This document shows, piece after piece, positions 1-9,638 of a stretch of DNA of 64,000 nt. The stretch is from Fidelibacterota bacterium UBA2986. Lineage in GTDB: Bacteria > Fidelibacterota > Marinisomatia > Marinisomatales > AB-629-J13. The stretch covers positions 194,710 to 258,709 of the forward strand of contig DEAI01000011.1 of assembly GCA_002346675.1 (NCBI GenBank), written 5' to 3'. Each line of letters begins with the position of its first letter. The first letter of the stretch is position 1. The notes beneath the pieces were generated by a model, which saw nothing but the letters and a program-made list of their open reading frames with translations, had not been told where the DNA came from and made no database searches. A program made the translations under genes and the position numbers.

Positions 1-352
1 CTAAATAGTCTTCTGCTAGCGCTCTGCTTCCGGCCTGTAAAACAATATTTTCGATTTGTTGTTCTAGGGCATCATCCACATCTTTTTCCTTTACCTCTAC
101 GGAATCTAGTTTAGCCATTTCTAGAATGACTCTTTGGCTAATTAGATTTTCCAGAACCTGCTTCTCTATTATTGAGTAATAGTCCGGATTTTTTCTAAGA
201 TCAACTTTTTGCTGTAAAGCGGTCATTGATACAAGCTGTGAGACATCACTTTTTAAAATTATATTGTTACCAACGACGGCTGAAACACCCTCAAAAACAG
301 GCGTTTGGGCAAAAAGGGAAACAAAAAAAAATAAAAATAAAAAAAATTTCAT
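1..352 (-). CDS. SurA-like periplasmic chaperone, N-terminal part (gene runs off the left edge of the window)
   Basis: This gene is not in the ORF track. My minus-strand translation from the ATG at 352..350 is MKFFLFLFFFVSLFAQTPVFEGVSAVVGNNIILKSDVSQLVSMTALQQKVDLRKNPDYYSIIEKQVLENLISQRVILEMAKLDSVEVKEKDVDDALEQQIENIVLQAGSRALAEDYL, with no stop before position 1. It has a signal peptide followed by a SurA N-terminal-domain-like pattern. Its ATG overlaps the TGA of the upstream gene (ATGA). Confidence 0.6.
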   Translation of the reverse strand, partial: MKFFLFLFFFVSLFAQTPVFEGVSAVVGNNIILKSDVSQLVSMTALQQKVDLRKNPDYYSIIEKQVLENLISQRVILEMAKLDSVEVKEKDVDDALEQQIENIVLQAGSRALAEDYL

Positions 353-1179
353 TTGGTAAACATTCTCCTGATTTTATGAATATCAATGGTTACTGGGTAT
401 TCGAAAGAAAGGCTATCAATAATTTGTTGATATCTTACAGAGTAGGCCTCGTTTTTGAGTCTTTGATATATTTCATCATAAACAGACTCTATCTTTAACT
501 GATCACCAGCTCTATAAATGTTTTCAATTTTGATAACGTGATATTTTTTTTCTACTAAATAGGGACCCAAAAGGTTTCCTGTTTTAAAACTAGCCTTACT
601 GAATATTTTAGAATTTAGTTTTTCTGGAAGCTCACCAAAACGAATTTTTTTATAAATACCACCATGTTTAAATAGTACCCGCGAAAGGTCTTTTTTTTGA
701 GTTTTTTTAATTTCTTTTTTAATTTTTAATGCTGCCGATCTACTATCAACGAGAAAACAAAAAACATCTGCCTCTCTTTCTTTTCTAACAAACTGAGCTT
801 TGTTTGAATTATAATAATTTTTGATAAGCACATCGTCTATAGATATATTATGCGAACTTAAATTAAGGTAACTTTCTCCAACTATTTGACGCTCATATTC
901 AAATATTTTTTTTATTAGAGAGCTGTCATATAAAAGCCCGAGAGAGACCCCCTCCTGATAAAGAAGCTCTTTTTCTATCCACCCTGAAATGTAGTTGAAA
1001 ACTTTTGTGCTATCAGAAGAATATCCGGAAAATTGTTTTTTCAGCTCATCAAAAGCTAGAGACCTGTTTCCAACGGTAATCACAGCCTTTGAGCTCGCTT
1101 CACGGTTTTTGTCTGAACACCCCACAAATACAAGGAAAAACGAAAAAACAACATAACTTTTTACAAAACAGGAGTCCAT
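349..1179 (-). CDS. Parvulin/PpiC-like peptidyl-prolyl isomerase family lipoprotein (SurA/PrsA-like chaperone)
   Basis: 276 aa. Lipoprotein signal FFLVFVGCSD. The C-terminal half (ADVFCFLV...GELPEKLNSKIFSKASFKTGNLLGPYLVEKKYHVIKIENI) looks like a degenerate parvulin domain. It is translationally coupled to the downstream SurA-like gene. Confidence 0.5.
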   Translation of the reverse strand: MDSCFVKSYVVFSFFLVFVGCSDKNREASSKAVITVGNRSLAFDELKKQFSGYSSDSTKVFNYISGWIEKELLYQEGVSLGLLYDSSLIKKIFEYERQIVGESYLNLSSHNISIDDVLIKNYYNSNKAQFVRKEREADVFCFLVDSRSAALKIKKEIKKTQKKDLSRVLFKHGGIYKKIRFGELPEKLNSKIFSKASFKTGNLLGPYLVEKKYHVIKIENIYRAGDQLKIESVYDEIYQRLKNEAYSVRYQQIIDSLSFEYPVTIDIHKIRRMFTK

Positions 1180-1196
1180 AAACAGAGAATACCCGG

Positions 1197-4100
1197 CTAC
1201 GATAAAAACAGCCTATTCAAAGAAGACTCAAAGTGCCCGAAAGACGCCCGGGCAACCGCAAGGCCAGCAATTTTGGCGGAGAGGAGACCGTTTGAGGCAT
1301 TTTTTAGAACAACCTTATTTTTATTAAGATCGAATGCTTTTTCTATTCCCAGCAAAAGTTTTTCCACCGACAAAAAAGGCTCAATAGACCTAAAAAAAAG
1401 TTCAACAAATTTATCTTGTATATTAAGCTTGGCAACAGAAGTCCCAGCTAGAAAGACTCGAAGCCTTGCAGTAGAAACAAGGAAAAAGGCTTCGTCTGGT
1501 AGAGGGCCATATCGATCTTTTAGTTCGTTTTCAATGTCACAGACTTTTTCTTTAGTATCAGAAATAGCAAGAGACTGATAAAAGTAAAGACGGTCTTCCA
1601 AAAGAGGTACGTAAGACTCAGGAAAGTTACAGGAATAATGAACAATGATATTTGGTGGGGGATCTTCCTTCTTTTTTCCTCTAGCCTCATCAACAGCCTC
1701 TTTTAATATTTTGTTATAGAGGTGAAAACCAACGCTTGAAACTGCTCCACTTTGTTTTTCCCCAAAAAGATTTCCTGGACCTCTTATGTCCAAATCTTTT
1801 AGGGCTATTTTATAGCCTGATCCTAGGGCGGTGTTTTGTTCCATTGTTTTTAATCTTTGAAAAGAGGGCTCATTCAGTTTTAAGCTTTTTGGAACAAACA
1901 AATAACAATATGCCTGGCTCGGGCTTCTTCCAACCCTGCCACGCAATTGATAAAGCTGAGACAATCCAAAATAATGGGCATTGTTAATTATTATTGTGTT
2001 AGCGCTTGAAACATCTAACCCCGAACCTACGATTGTAGTACAGCACAAAACATCAATTTCGTTCTTAAAAAAATCAAGCATTACTGACTCAAGCCTACGG
2101 CTAGATAGCTGTCCGTGAGCGACATTCACTTTAATGTTTTTGAAGTTATTTTGAATTTTATTTGCTAAAAAGGACAGAGTGTCTATATCGTTGTGAACGA
2201 AATACAGCTGACCCCCTCTATTTATCTCTATTTCTATAGCCTTAAAAATGTTTTTCCAATCAAAATATGAAACAAAGGTTTTTACTGGGCGACGAGACTT
2301 TGGAGGTGTGTCTATTATGCTTACATTTTTAAGGCCCACTAATGACTGCTTTAGCGTTCTTGGAATTGGCGTTGCTGTGAAAGACAGAACATCCACAAAG
2401 GGTTTTAACTTTTTTATTTTTTCTTTCTGTTTAACACCAAACCGATGTTCTTCATCTATTATAAACAACCCTAAGCTTTCTACTTTAACATCCTCAGAAA
2501 GAAGCCTGTGAGTACCAATCAAAATATCAACATGGCCGCGGACAGCCCTATTAATAATTTCTTTTTGCTCTGCCCTTGAGCGGAACCTTGACAGGAGCTC
2601 AACAGAAATTCCTAAAGGAGAAAACCTTTTCAAAAAGCTGATATAGTGTTGGTTGGCCAAAACAGTTGTAGGGGTTAATATAAAAACAGCCCTCCCACTC
2701 TCAACAGCCCTTACAGATGCGCGAATAGCCACCTCTGTTTTGCCAAAGCCCACATCACCACAAACAAGCCTGTCGATAGGCTGAGGCTTCTCCATGTCCG
2801 CCAAAACATCCTCTATCGCTGATAGCTGTCCCCCGGTCTCGGTAAAAGAAAAAGTTTCACAAACAGCCCTATAAAACTCCCCTCTTTTTTCATATTTAAA
2901 ATCTCTATACCCCCGTCTCTGGGAATAGCTTTTAATTAAATCACCAGCAATGCTAGTAACATATTTTTTAACTGAGCTCTTTTTTCTTTTCCAGCTTCCG
3001 GAGCCAAGAGAAGAAATTTTAACAGAGCCCCTTGGAACCCCCACAAGCTTGTGTATTTTTTCAAAACTATCAACAGGAACAAAGACAACACCACCATCCT
3101 TATATTTTATTTTTATACAGTCCGCCCCACCAGTCACCTCAAGCCCACGATACTCTCCAACGCCAAAGCTCTCATGAACCATCGGCTGTCCCCACTTAAG
3201 GTCTGATATATCTAAAACTCCAGCAGGCCTCCGTGCTCCATCCCCGCTAATCATCCACCTGGTTTTTAGATCGCCTGACACTCCAGGTATGTTGTCAGAG
3301 CCCAAGACAACGGCGCTAAAATCTTTTAAAATAAAACCTTTTTTTATTGAACCATAAACCCGGTCAAACAAAAAATCTTTTGGCAGGAAGGAGGGAGCCT
3401 TAAGCCCATCACCTTTAGGAGAAAAAACAAAAAGATTAGAGACAGTCTTGTTGGCAAGCATCTCAATAAAAACCTTTTCGGAGTATGGCTGTATATCTAT
3501 GTCGGCGGAAACACAACCAACGATTTTAATAGCCTTTTTGGCTGGACCAGCGGAACCCGAAGACAGAACAGAAAAAAACTTTTTACTTGAAGAAAAAAGA
3601 CTAAACAAAGGCGGAGATTCATGGCCCCCTTTTTGTAGGCGAGAAAACAAAAAAACACTATTGATTACCTTTATTGTTCTTTGTGAATAGGGATTAAAAA
3701 GACGTATAGAGTCAACCATATCTCCATAGAACTCTATTCGGACGGGATTTCTTGACTGAACAAGGAAAACGTCTAAAATCCCACCTCGGACGGTATAGTA
3801 GAGAGGGTTTTTCACACTGTCGGCCCTAGTGTATCCCCATTTTTTTAGCCGTTCAAGCAAAGACTTCATTTTTGTTTTTTCTCCCACCCGAAGATCAATA
3901 CCCCTTAACCTATTTTGGTCGCCAGGTAGGCTGTGCTGTTTTAAAGCCTTATCAGTGGAAAAAATAATACCACGCACTCCCGAAGAAGACAACACAAAGA
4001 GAGCCTCCTCGGTGTAGCGCTGGTTTTCAGACAAAAAACCAGGAACAGCAAGGGGGTCGCTATTCTTGCCTGGTAAATAATAAGAACCCTTGGGGGAGAG

Positions 4101-4316
4101 GTTGTAGCAAGTGGAATATAAACTAAAAGAGAGCGCCTCACTATCACAAGAGACAACAAACAAGGACCGCTCAGCCATTATTTTAGAAAGGAAAAACAAA
4201 ACAGCAGACTCGCGGGTCATATATGAAGAAGTAGAAGATCTTTTTGTATTTAAGGGGGCGCTATACCAGCCTAAAAAACGATCAAGGCTCCACCCAGACG
4301 TTTCACGTGAAACCAT
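1197..4316 (-). CDS. mfd: Transcription-repair coupling factor Mfd
   Basis: 1039 aa. Superfamily-2 helicase motifs GDVGFGKTEVA, IIDEEHRFGV and FTATPIPRTL, plus QLYQLRGRVGRS. Size and architecture are typical of Mfd. Confidence 0.95.
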   Translation of the reverse strand: MVSRETSGWSLDRFLGWYSAPLNTKRSSTSSYMTRESAVLFFLSKIMAERSLFVVSCDSEALSFSLYSTCYNLSPKGSYYLPGKNSDPLAVPGFLSENQRYTEEALFVLSSSGVRGIIFSTDKALKQHSLPGDQNRLRGIDLRVGEKTKMKSLLERLKKWGYTRADSVKNPLYYTVRGGILDVFLVQSRNPVRIEFYGDMVDSIRLFNPYSQRTIKVINSVFLFSRLQKGGHESPPLFSLFSSSKKFFSVLSSGSAGPAKKAIKIVGCVSADIDIQPYSEKVFIEMLANKTVSNLFVFSPKGDGLKAPSFLPKDFLFDRVYGSIKKGFILKDFSAVVLGSDNIPGVSGDLKTRWMISGDGARRPAGVLDISDLKWGQPMVHESFGVGEYRGLEVTGGADCIKIKYKDGGVVFVPVDSFEKIHKLVGVPRGSVKISSLGSGSWKRKKSSVKKYVTSIAGDLIKSYSQRRGYRDFKYEKRGEFYRAVCETFSFTETGGQLSAIEDVLADMEKPQPIDRLVCGDVGFGKTEVAIRASVRAVESGRAVFILTPTTVLANQHYISFLKRFSPLGISVELLSRFRSRAEQKEIINRAVRGHVDILIGTHRLLSEDVKVESLGLFIIDEEHRFGVKQKEKIKKLKPFVDVLSFTATPIPRTLKQSLVGLKNVSIIDTPPKSRRPVKTFVSYFDWKNIFKAIEIEINRGGQLYFVHNDIDTLSFLANKIQNNFKNIKVNVAHGQLSSRRLESVMLDFFKNEIDVLCCTTIVGSGLDVSSANTIIINNAHYFGLSQLYQLRGRVGRSPSQAYCYLFVPKSLKLNEPSFQRLKTMEQNTALGSGYKIALKDLDIRGPGNLFGEKQSGAVSSVGFHLYNKILKEAVDEARGKKKEDPPPNIIVHYSCNFPESYVPLLEDRLYFYQSLAISDTKEKVCDIENELKDRYGPLPDEAFFLVSTARLRVFLAGTSVAKLNIQDKFVELFFRSIEPFLSVEKLLLGIEKAFDLNKNKVVLKNASNGLLSAKIAGLAVARASFGHFESSLNRLFLS
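4298..4313. repeat. 16-nt element ACGTTTCACGTGAAAC containing the perfect 14-bp palindrome GTTTCACGTGAAAC, copy 1
   Basis: Read directly from the sequence. It lies immediately 3' of the mfd ATG (4316..4314 on the minus strand) and encodes codons 2-6 of mfd. It is identical to the copy at 6192..6207. Confidence 0.8.
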
Positions 4317-4319
4317 AGT

Positions 4320-6200
4320 TTATTTAAATAAAAAAACCGAAAGCACAGAAATATCAGAGGGCGTAACCCCAGAGATTCTCGTTGCCTGGCCAAGGGTTTC
4401 CGGCTTTATGTTAATTAGCTTGTGTTTAGCTTCTGACGAAAGACCTACAACCTCTTCATATCTAAAAGAACTGGGAATTCTTTTCATATTAAGGGATTTA
4501 ACCTTTTTTATTTGATCTGTCTGTCTTTTAATATACCCTTCATATTTAATTAGAGTTTCTGCTTCAGCGAGAGCCTCGCCCACCAAAGAGCTATTAAGGC
4601 CTTTAGTGGGGGCGCCACCTTTTAACACAAAACTTTTAAATTCTTCTATTGAAACAGAGGGACGCTTTAAAACTTCTCTGAGAGGTCTTTTTTGTTTGAT
4701 AGCACCGCTGTTCGTTTTTGACAAAATAGGGTTAACCAACTCCGGAGAAAAAGACGCAGAGGCCTCTCTAACGATCTCATCAGCCAACAGTACCTTTGTT
4801 TTTAAAAAGGTTATTTCTTTTTTTGAAAGCAGCCCATGTTTTTGAGATACATCAACAAGCCTTCGGTCTGTGTTAGAATATCTAAGAAGGAGACGATATT
4901 CAGCCCTAGATGTAAACATTCGGTAGGGCTCCATCGTGTCTTTTGTAATTAAATCATCGATCATTACACCGAGGTAAGAGGTGTCTCTAGAAAGGGAAAG
5001 GGGCTCTTTTTTAAAGGTCGTCATTGCCGCATTAATTCCAGCTACCAGTCCCTGACCAGCGGCCTCCTCATATCCAGAGGTGCCATTAATTTGTCCTGCA
5101 AGAAAGAGACCGGAAAGGGCCTTTGTTTCAAGGGTAGACTTTAACTGTGATGGAGGAAAAAAATCATATTCAATAGCGTAACCAGGCCTTAAAAACTCTA
5201 CACGCTCAAAGCCTGGAACTTGCCTTAAAGATGACAGTTGTATTTGCTCGGGAAGACTGGTGGAGAACCCGTTTAAATACACCTGGTCAGAGTCTTTCCA
5301 CTCGGGCTCAAGGTATAAAAAATGTCCATCTTTATGGGAAAACCGAAAAACCTTATCTTCTATAGAGGGACAGTAGCGCGGGCCTGTGCCCCCGATGTCT
5401 CCCGAAAACATCGGAGAGGTAGAAATATTGTCTTTAATTATATTATGACATGCGGGGTTTGAGAGCGCTATATAGCAAGGGACATTTGGGGAATATATAG
5501 AGCTCGTGAAGTGTGAAAACTGAGTGGGGATCCTGTCTCCCTCGGAGCGAGTGCAGGCTGAATAATTTATTGAGGAAGCCTTAAGGCGGGGGGGTGTACC
5601 TGTTTTTAGGCGCCCAACCGAAAAGCCGAGCTCTATAAGAGACTCTGTAATACCGCCACTTGGAGACTCCCCCATTCTGCCCGCGCTTGTTTTTTGGTCT
5701 CCAATATGAATTAAACCATTAAGAAAGGTTCCGCAAGTTATTATTAGAGAGCTACACGCCAACCTGTTGCCGTCCCTTAATAAGACCCCAGAAACAGACC
5801 CGCCCGCCGTTAGAATATTAACAGCCTCACCACGAACAACAGAAAGGCGGACACAGTCGGAAACAAGCTTTCTTATATTGGTTTCGTATGTCCTCTTATC
5901 AACCTGTGCGCGGGGAGACCAGACGGCCTTCCCCTTTGATCTGTTTAACATTTTATATTGAAGGGCCGACATATCTGCTACCCGAGCCATTATACCGCCC
6001 AAAACATCTATCTCTCGAACCATTTGTCCTTTAGCAATACCACCAATAGAGGGGTTGCATGACATGCGTCCAATAGCCAAAGGGTCTATAGTAACAAGCC
6101 CAACATTAAGACCAAGTTTAGCACAAATTAAAGCCGCCTCTACGCCCGCGTGACCACCGCCCGCAACAATAATATCAAAGTGGTTATTAAAACGTTTCAC
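4320..6200 (-). CDS. mnmG: tRNA uridine-5-carboxymethylaminomethyl modification enzyme MnmG (GidA)
   Basis: 626 aa. N-terminal FAD-binding motif FDIIVAGGGHAGVEAAL. Full-length GidA-like sequence ending in the typical GVTPSDISVL region. The start codon is GTG. Confidence 0.96.
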   Translation of the reverse strand: MKRFNNHFDIIVAGGGHAGVEAALICAKLGLNVGLVTIDPLAIGRMSCNPSIGGIAKGQMVREIDVLGGIMARVADMSALQYKMLNRSKGKAVWSPRAQVDKRTYETNIRKLVSDCVRLSVVRGEAVNILTAGGSVSGVLLRDGNRLACSSLIITCGTFLNGLIHIGDQKTSAGRMGESPSGGITESLIELGFSVGRLKTGTPPRLKASSINYSACTRSEGDRIPTQFSHFTSSIYSPNVPCYIALSNPACHNIIKDNISTSPMFSGDIGGTGPRYCPSIEDKVFRFSHKDGHFLYLEPEWKDSDQVYLNGFSTSLPEQIQLSSLRQVPGFERVEFLRPGYAIEYDFFPPSQLKSTLETKALSGLFLAGQINGTSGYEEAAGQGLVAGINAAMTTFKKEPLSLSRDTSYLGVMIDDLITKDTMEPYRMFTSRAEYRLLLRYSNTDRRLVDVSQKHGLLSKKEITFLKTKVLLADEIVREASASFSPELVNPILSKTNSGAIKQKRPLREVLKRPSVSIEEFKSFVLKGGAPTKGLNSSLVGEALAEAETLIKYEGYIKRQTDQIKKVKSLNMKRIPSSFRYEEVVGLSSEAKHKLINIKPETLGQATRISGVTPSDISVLSVFLFK

Positions 6201-6207
6201 GTGAAAC
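6192..6207. repeat. 16-nt element ACGTTTCACGTGAAAC containing the perfect 14-bp palindrome GTTTCACGTGAAAC, copy 2
   Basis: Read directly from the sequence. It spans the mnmE stop (6209..6207), the 6-nt spacer and the mnmG GTG start (6200..6198). It is identical to the copy at 4298..4313. Confidence 0.8.
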
Positions 6208-7568
6208 TATTTTCCTACACAAAAACTATTAAAAACCAGATCAAGAATATCGTCTGTAACGGTCTTTCCCAAAACGCTGTCTAGTTGAATTAGGGCATCA
6301 CGAAGCTCAATAGACACCAGGTCATAGTGAACGTCTTCTTTTTGAGAGAGAAGAAGAAGGGTGTTTTGGATGTGGTCTTGAATTTTTAATATAATATTTT
6401 TTTGTCTTTGGGTTATGATTGGAACAGAAGAGCTTAGAGAGGGGGAGGGGAGTATGTTGTTTTTTATTAAGTCTAACAAAACCCCTGTTCCGTAACCAGT
6501 TTTAGCTGAGACAAAGCAGTGATCAGGGTGTTGTTTTTTTAAAAGAGATAGAGTTTTGTTATTAATAAGGTCTGACTTATTAACAACAAAAACATGACTT
6601 TTTCCTAGCTCTTTAGGGCTGACTCTAGATATATTATCAATGTCGGATAAGTGGACAGAGCAGTCGGCAGACAAGATCCTCTCTTTTGCCCTAACCACAC
6701 CCTCGCTCTCAATCTCGTCGCCAGACGACCTCAGCCCCGCTGTGTCAATTAGGGTTGCGGGTAGACCGCCAAGAGAAACAGATCCCTCAATAGCGTCTCT
6801 TGTTGTGCCTGGTTGAGGGCTGGTTATAGCCAAATCTGAGCCAGCCAGGAAATTTAAAAGGGTAGACTTTCCTACGTTTGGGGGGCCACAAAGAACAACG
6901 CTTGCCCCCCTGTTTAATATACGATATGCGCTGTGGTTGTTTAGGGCCTTTTGAAGAAACATCTTACAGCTTTTTAAAAGAGTGTGAGACTCTTTTTGCA
7001 GATTTGGCTGAAGATCCTCCTCGCTAATATCTAGCTCGAACTCTATTTTTGAGAGAAGGGTAATTAAATCTTGCTTAAGGTTTTTTATAACAGAGGAGAG
7101 CTCTCCTCTAAGCATTTTGAAGTTTAAAGAGGCGGTCTCTTCTGTTTTTGAATGTATTAAGGACGCTACAGCTTCTGCCTGTACTAAATCTATCTTTCCA
7201 TTAAGAAACGAGCGCTTAGTGAACTCTCCAGGCTCAGCCAGTCTAGCCCCATTTAAACAACAAATAGAGAGTATTTTGTTTACAATAGAGGGGTTTCCAT
7301 GACAAGAGATTTCAAACAAATCCTCGCCAGTATAGGACTCAGGAGCTTTAAAAAAAGCGATGACAGCATCCTCAAAAATATTATTGTTTTGGTCTTTTAG
7401 TTTAACTAGAGTTATTGTTCTATGTTTAAACGACAGAGCCCTTTTTGAAGAGCTGACAGAAACAGAGAGAACAATATTTTTAGAGGATGAACCGCTAAGC
7501 CTAACCACAGATATGCCGCCAAACCCATGTGGAGTTGCGACTGCAACTATGGTATCCGGTGAAATCAT
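6207..7568 (-). CDS. mnmE: tRNA modification GTPase MnmE (TrmE)
   Basis: 453 aa. G1 motif GPPNVGKSTLLN, DTAGLR, and the characteristic C-terminal CVGK. ATGA overlap with the yidC stop. Confidence 0.95.
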   Translation of the reverse strand: MISPDTIVAVATPHGFGGISVVRLSGSSSKNIVLSVSVSSSKRALSFKHRTITLVKLKDQNNNIFEDAVIAFFKAPESYTGEDLFEISCHGNPSIVNKILSICCLNGARLAEPGEFTKRSFLNGKIDLVQAEAVASLIHSKTEETASLNFKMLRGELSSVIKNLKQDLITLLSKIEFELDISEEDLQPNLQKESHTLLKSCKMFLQKALNNHSAYRILNRGASVVLCGPPNVGKSTLLNFLAGSDLAITSPQPGTTRDAIEGSVSLGGLPATLIDTAGLRSSGDEIESEGVVRAKERILSADCSVHLSDIDNISRVSPKELGKSHVFVVNKSDLINNKTLSLLKKQHPDHCFVSAKTGYGTGVLLDLIKNNILPSPSLSSSVPIITQRQKNIILKIQDHIQNTLLLLSQKEDVHYDLVSIELRDALIQLDSVLGKTVTDDILDLVFNSFCVGK

Positions 7569-9247
7569 TTTTTTCTTATTTTTTTACTGCTTTTGTTGGG
7601 TGGTGGGGTTAAATATTTTTGCTGAAGAATTGTAAGCACATTAAAAAGAGTATAATATAGGTTTAGACCTGAAGGAAAACCATTAAACAAAAGAATAAAA
7701 AACCCTGTCATAAAATATGACATAAACTTCTGCTGTCCAGAGGCCTGGGTGGGCATCATTTTTTGTTGGAGAAACATTGTTATACCCATAAGTAAGGGTA
7801 AAACGGCGACGCCGCTACCATATAGAGGAATAGAGAAGGGTAGAGAAAATATAACATCAGGTGCAGAGAGGTCTCTGACCCACCAAATAAAAGGAGCACC
7901 CCGGAGCTCTATGGTGGAGCGAAACACCTGAAAAAGAGAAAAGAGAAGGGGCATTTGTATTAGGATAGGTAGGCACCCCCCCAGTGGGTTTACTCCACGC
8001 TCTTTATAGAGGTTCATTGTTGCTTGTTGGACCTTTTGAGGGTTGTTTTTATGTTTTTCTTTTAGGGCCGCGATTTCAGGCTGTAGAGATTGCATTTCTT
8101 TTGATGATTGGTGACTCTTTTTTGTTAAAGGAAACACAGCCAGCTTTACTAAAACCGAGAAGATTATCAAAACCACACCATAGTTTGGCACCCAAAGGTG
8201 TATTGTTTTTAAAAGCCAAAGAACGCCCCTGCTTATAGGTCTAATTATTGACCAGCCAAAGTTCATGATAGAGGGTATTCCGCTGTTTACTTTTTTTACT
8301 GTCTCGTACTCAAGGGGCCCTAAATATAGAGAAACTGAAGACTCCATATTTTTATCTAAACCAAGGGCAACACTATATAATGGAATTATGTGAGAGTTAA
8401 CTTCAGTTTCGTTGTGACCGGCCCAGCAGAGTTCGCTTGAGGTTTTAGGAATTAAAACGGAAACAAAATATTTTGATCTTAGCGCAATCCAATCTGTTTT
8501 ACCCCTAACCACCTCAAGAGATTCGTTTTGGGGTTGTTTTATTTTTGGGGCGACCTTTTTTAATCCATATGCATCGCCGGCTTGATAAACATATCCATTA
8601 AAATATGTAATATCGTCTTTAATGTTGGTTTCTGTTGGGGGTACTCCACCATCCCATCCGAGAGAGTAAGTGTTTCCAGACATAATACTAGAGAGTCCAG
8701 AAAGGTCTGTGTTAATTTCGATTACATATGTTTTATGGCTAAAGACAAGCGTTTTTTTGATTAAAAACCCTCCATAAGATAAATAAAAACTCAAAGGTTG
8801 AGGTTCGTCAAAAACCTCTATAGCGGAGGCGTCTGCGTCTGTATACCACCCCTCTTCTAAAACGACAGGCTCTCCCTCAATACTTGTATACCCTATATAA
8901 AGGTTTTTCTGGTTGTTTTTATTGATAAGGTTTACAAAGGTAGAGTCACCCGCTATATAGTTGTTTAGCTCATAGCTGGCGAGAGACCCCCCAAAACGTG
9001 TGGAAATTTTTGCAGTATAAAGGGGGGTAACTATAGAAATAAACTTTTCTTTATAGGGGGCCTTTGGTTTTAGGGTAGGTATGTTTTTCTTTTCAGCTTC
9101 ACGCTCGAGAGGGCTATCTTCTATCGTGTTGTTTTCGGTGGGAAGCTCTTTCTCGGGAAGGGGGGGTGAGATTATTTGATAATAATATGGCGTTATTATC
9201 AACACTAGAGCAATCAGAAAAAAAGCAAGAAGAGAACGCTTGTCCAT
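7565..9247 (-). CDS. yidC: Membrane protein insertase YidC
   Basis: The track ORF is 7565..9289. I trimmed it to the internal ATG at 9247 (MDKRSLLAFFLIALVLI..., an N-terminal TM), which overlaps the yidD stop by 1 nt. It has a large periplasmic domain and then the conserved C-terminal 5-TM core (GGCLPILIQMPLLFSLF). Confidence 0.92.
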   Translation of the reverse strand: MDKRSLLAFFLIALVLIITPYYYQIISPPLPEKELPTENNTIEDSPLEREAEKKNIPTLKPKAPYKEKFISIVTPLYTAKISTRFGGSLASYELNNYIAGDSTFVNLINKNNQKNLYIGYTSIEGEPVVLEEGWYTDADASAIEVFDEPQPLSFYLSYGGFLIKKTLVFSHKTYVIEINTDLSGLSSIMSGNTYSLGWDGGVPPTETNIKDDITYFNGYVYQAGDAYGLKKVAPKIKQPQNESLEVVRGKTDWIALRSKYFVSVLIPKTSSELCWAGHNETEVNSHIIPLYSVALGLDKNMESSVSLYLGPLEYETVKKVNSGIPSIMNFGWSIIRPISRGVLWLLKTIHLWVPNYGVVLIIFSVLVKLAVFPLTKKSHQSSKEMQSLQPEIAALKEKHKNNPQKVQQATMNLYKERGVNPLGGCLPILIQMPLLFSLFQVFRSTIELRGAPFIWWVRDLSAPDVIFSLPFSIPLYGSGVAVLPLLMGITMFLQQKMMPTQASGQQKFMSYFMTGFFILLFNGFPSGLNLYYTLFNVLTILQQKYLTPPPNKSSKKIRKK

Positions 9248-9495
9248 TATTGTACAGGATCTACGCCCCCAGGGTGAAGGGGGTGACACTTAGAGAGCCT
9301 TTTTATAATATACCACATAGCCTTAGGAGATGTGTGTTTTTCTGCAGAGCGAAGTGCATATTCGGAACAGGTTGGATAAAAACGACAACGAGGGAAGAAA
9401 AAAGTAGAGATGCGGGCCTGATATACCTTAATAGATTTTTTAATTATTAACAGAACAATACTGTCAAGCGCTCTGTAGGCGGTTTTTAAATACAC
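9247..9495 (-). CDS. yidD: Membrane protein insertion efficiency factor YidD
   Basis: 82 aa. Hallmark motif CRFYPTCSEYA...KRLSKCHPLHPGGVDPV. Confidence 0.9.
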   Translation of the reverse strand: MYLKTAYRALDSIVLLIIKKSIKVYQARISTFFFPRCRFYPTCSEYALRSAEKHTSPKAMWYIIKRLSKCHPLHPGGVDPVQ

Positions 9496-9503
9496 CCTCT
9501 TAC

Positions 9504-9638
9504 TTATACAACAAGAGATTTGCGTCCTCGCTGACGCCGCCTGGACAGAACCCTTCTACCGGCCTTAGTAGACATTCTTTTTCTAAAGCCGTGGGTACGC
9601 TTTCTTTTTTTGTTTCGAGGTTGGTATGTCCTTTTCAT
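9504..9638 (-). CDS. rpmH: 50S ribosomal protein L34
   Basis: Too short for the ORF track. My translation is [44 protein letters not shown], which is canonical L34. Confidence 0.95.
   Translation of the reverse strand: MKRTYQPRNKKRKRTHGFRKRMSTKAGRRVLSRRRQRGRKSLVV

Noticed and set aside
318-348. Long A/T homopolymer runs (A9, A5 and A8, separated by single T residues), considered as a possible slipped-strand phase-variation site.
   Set aside because: On the coding strand they encode the Phe/Leu-rich signal peptide MKFFLFLFFFVS of the SurA-like gene. The composition is explained by the hydrophobic core in an AT-rich genome.
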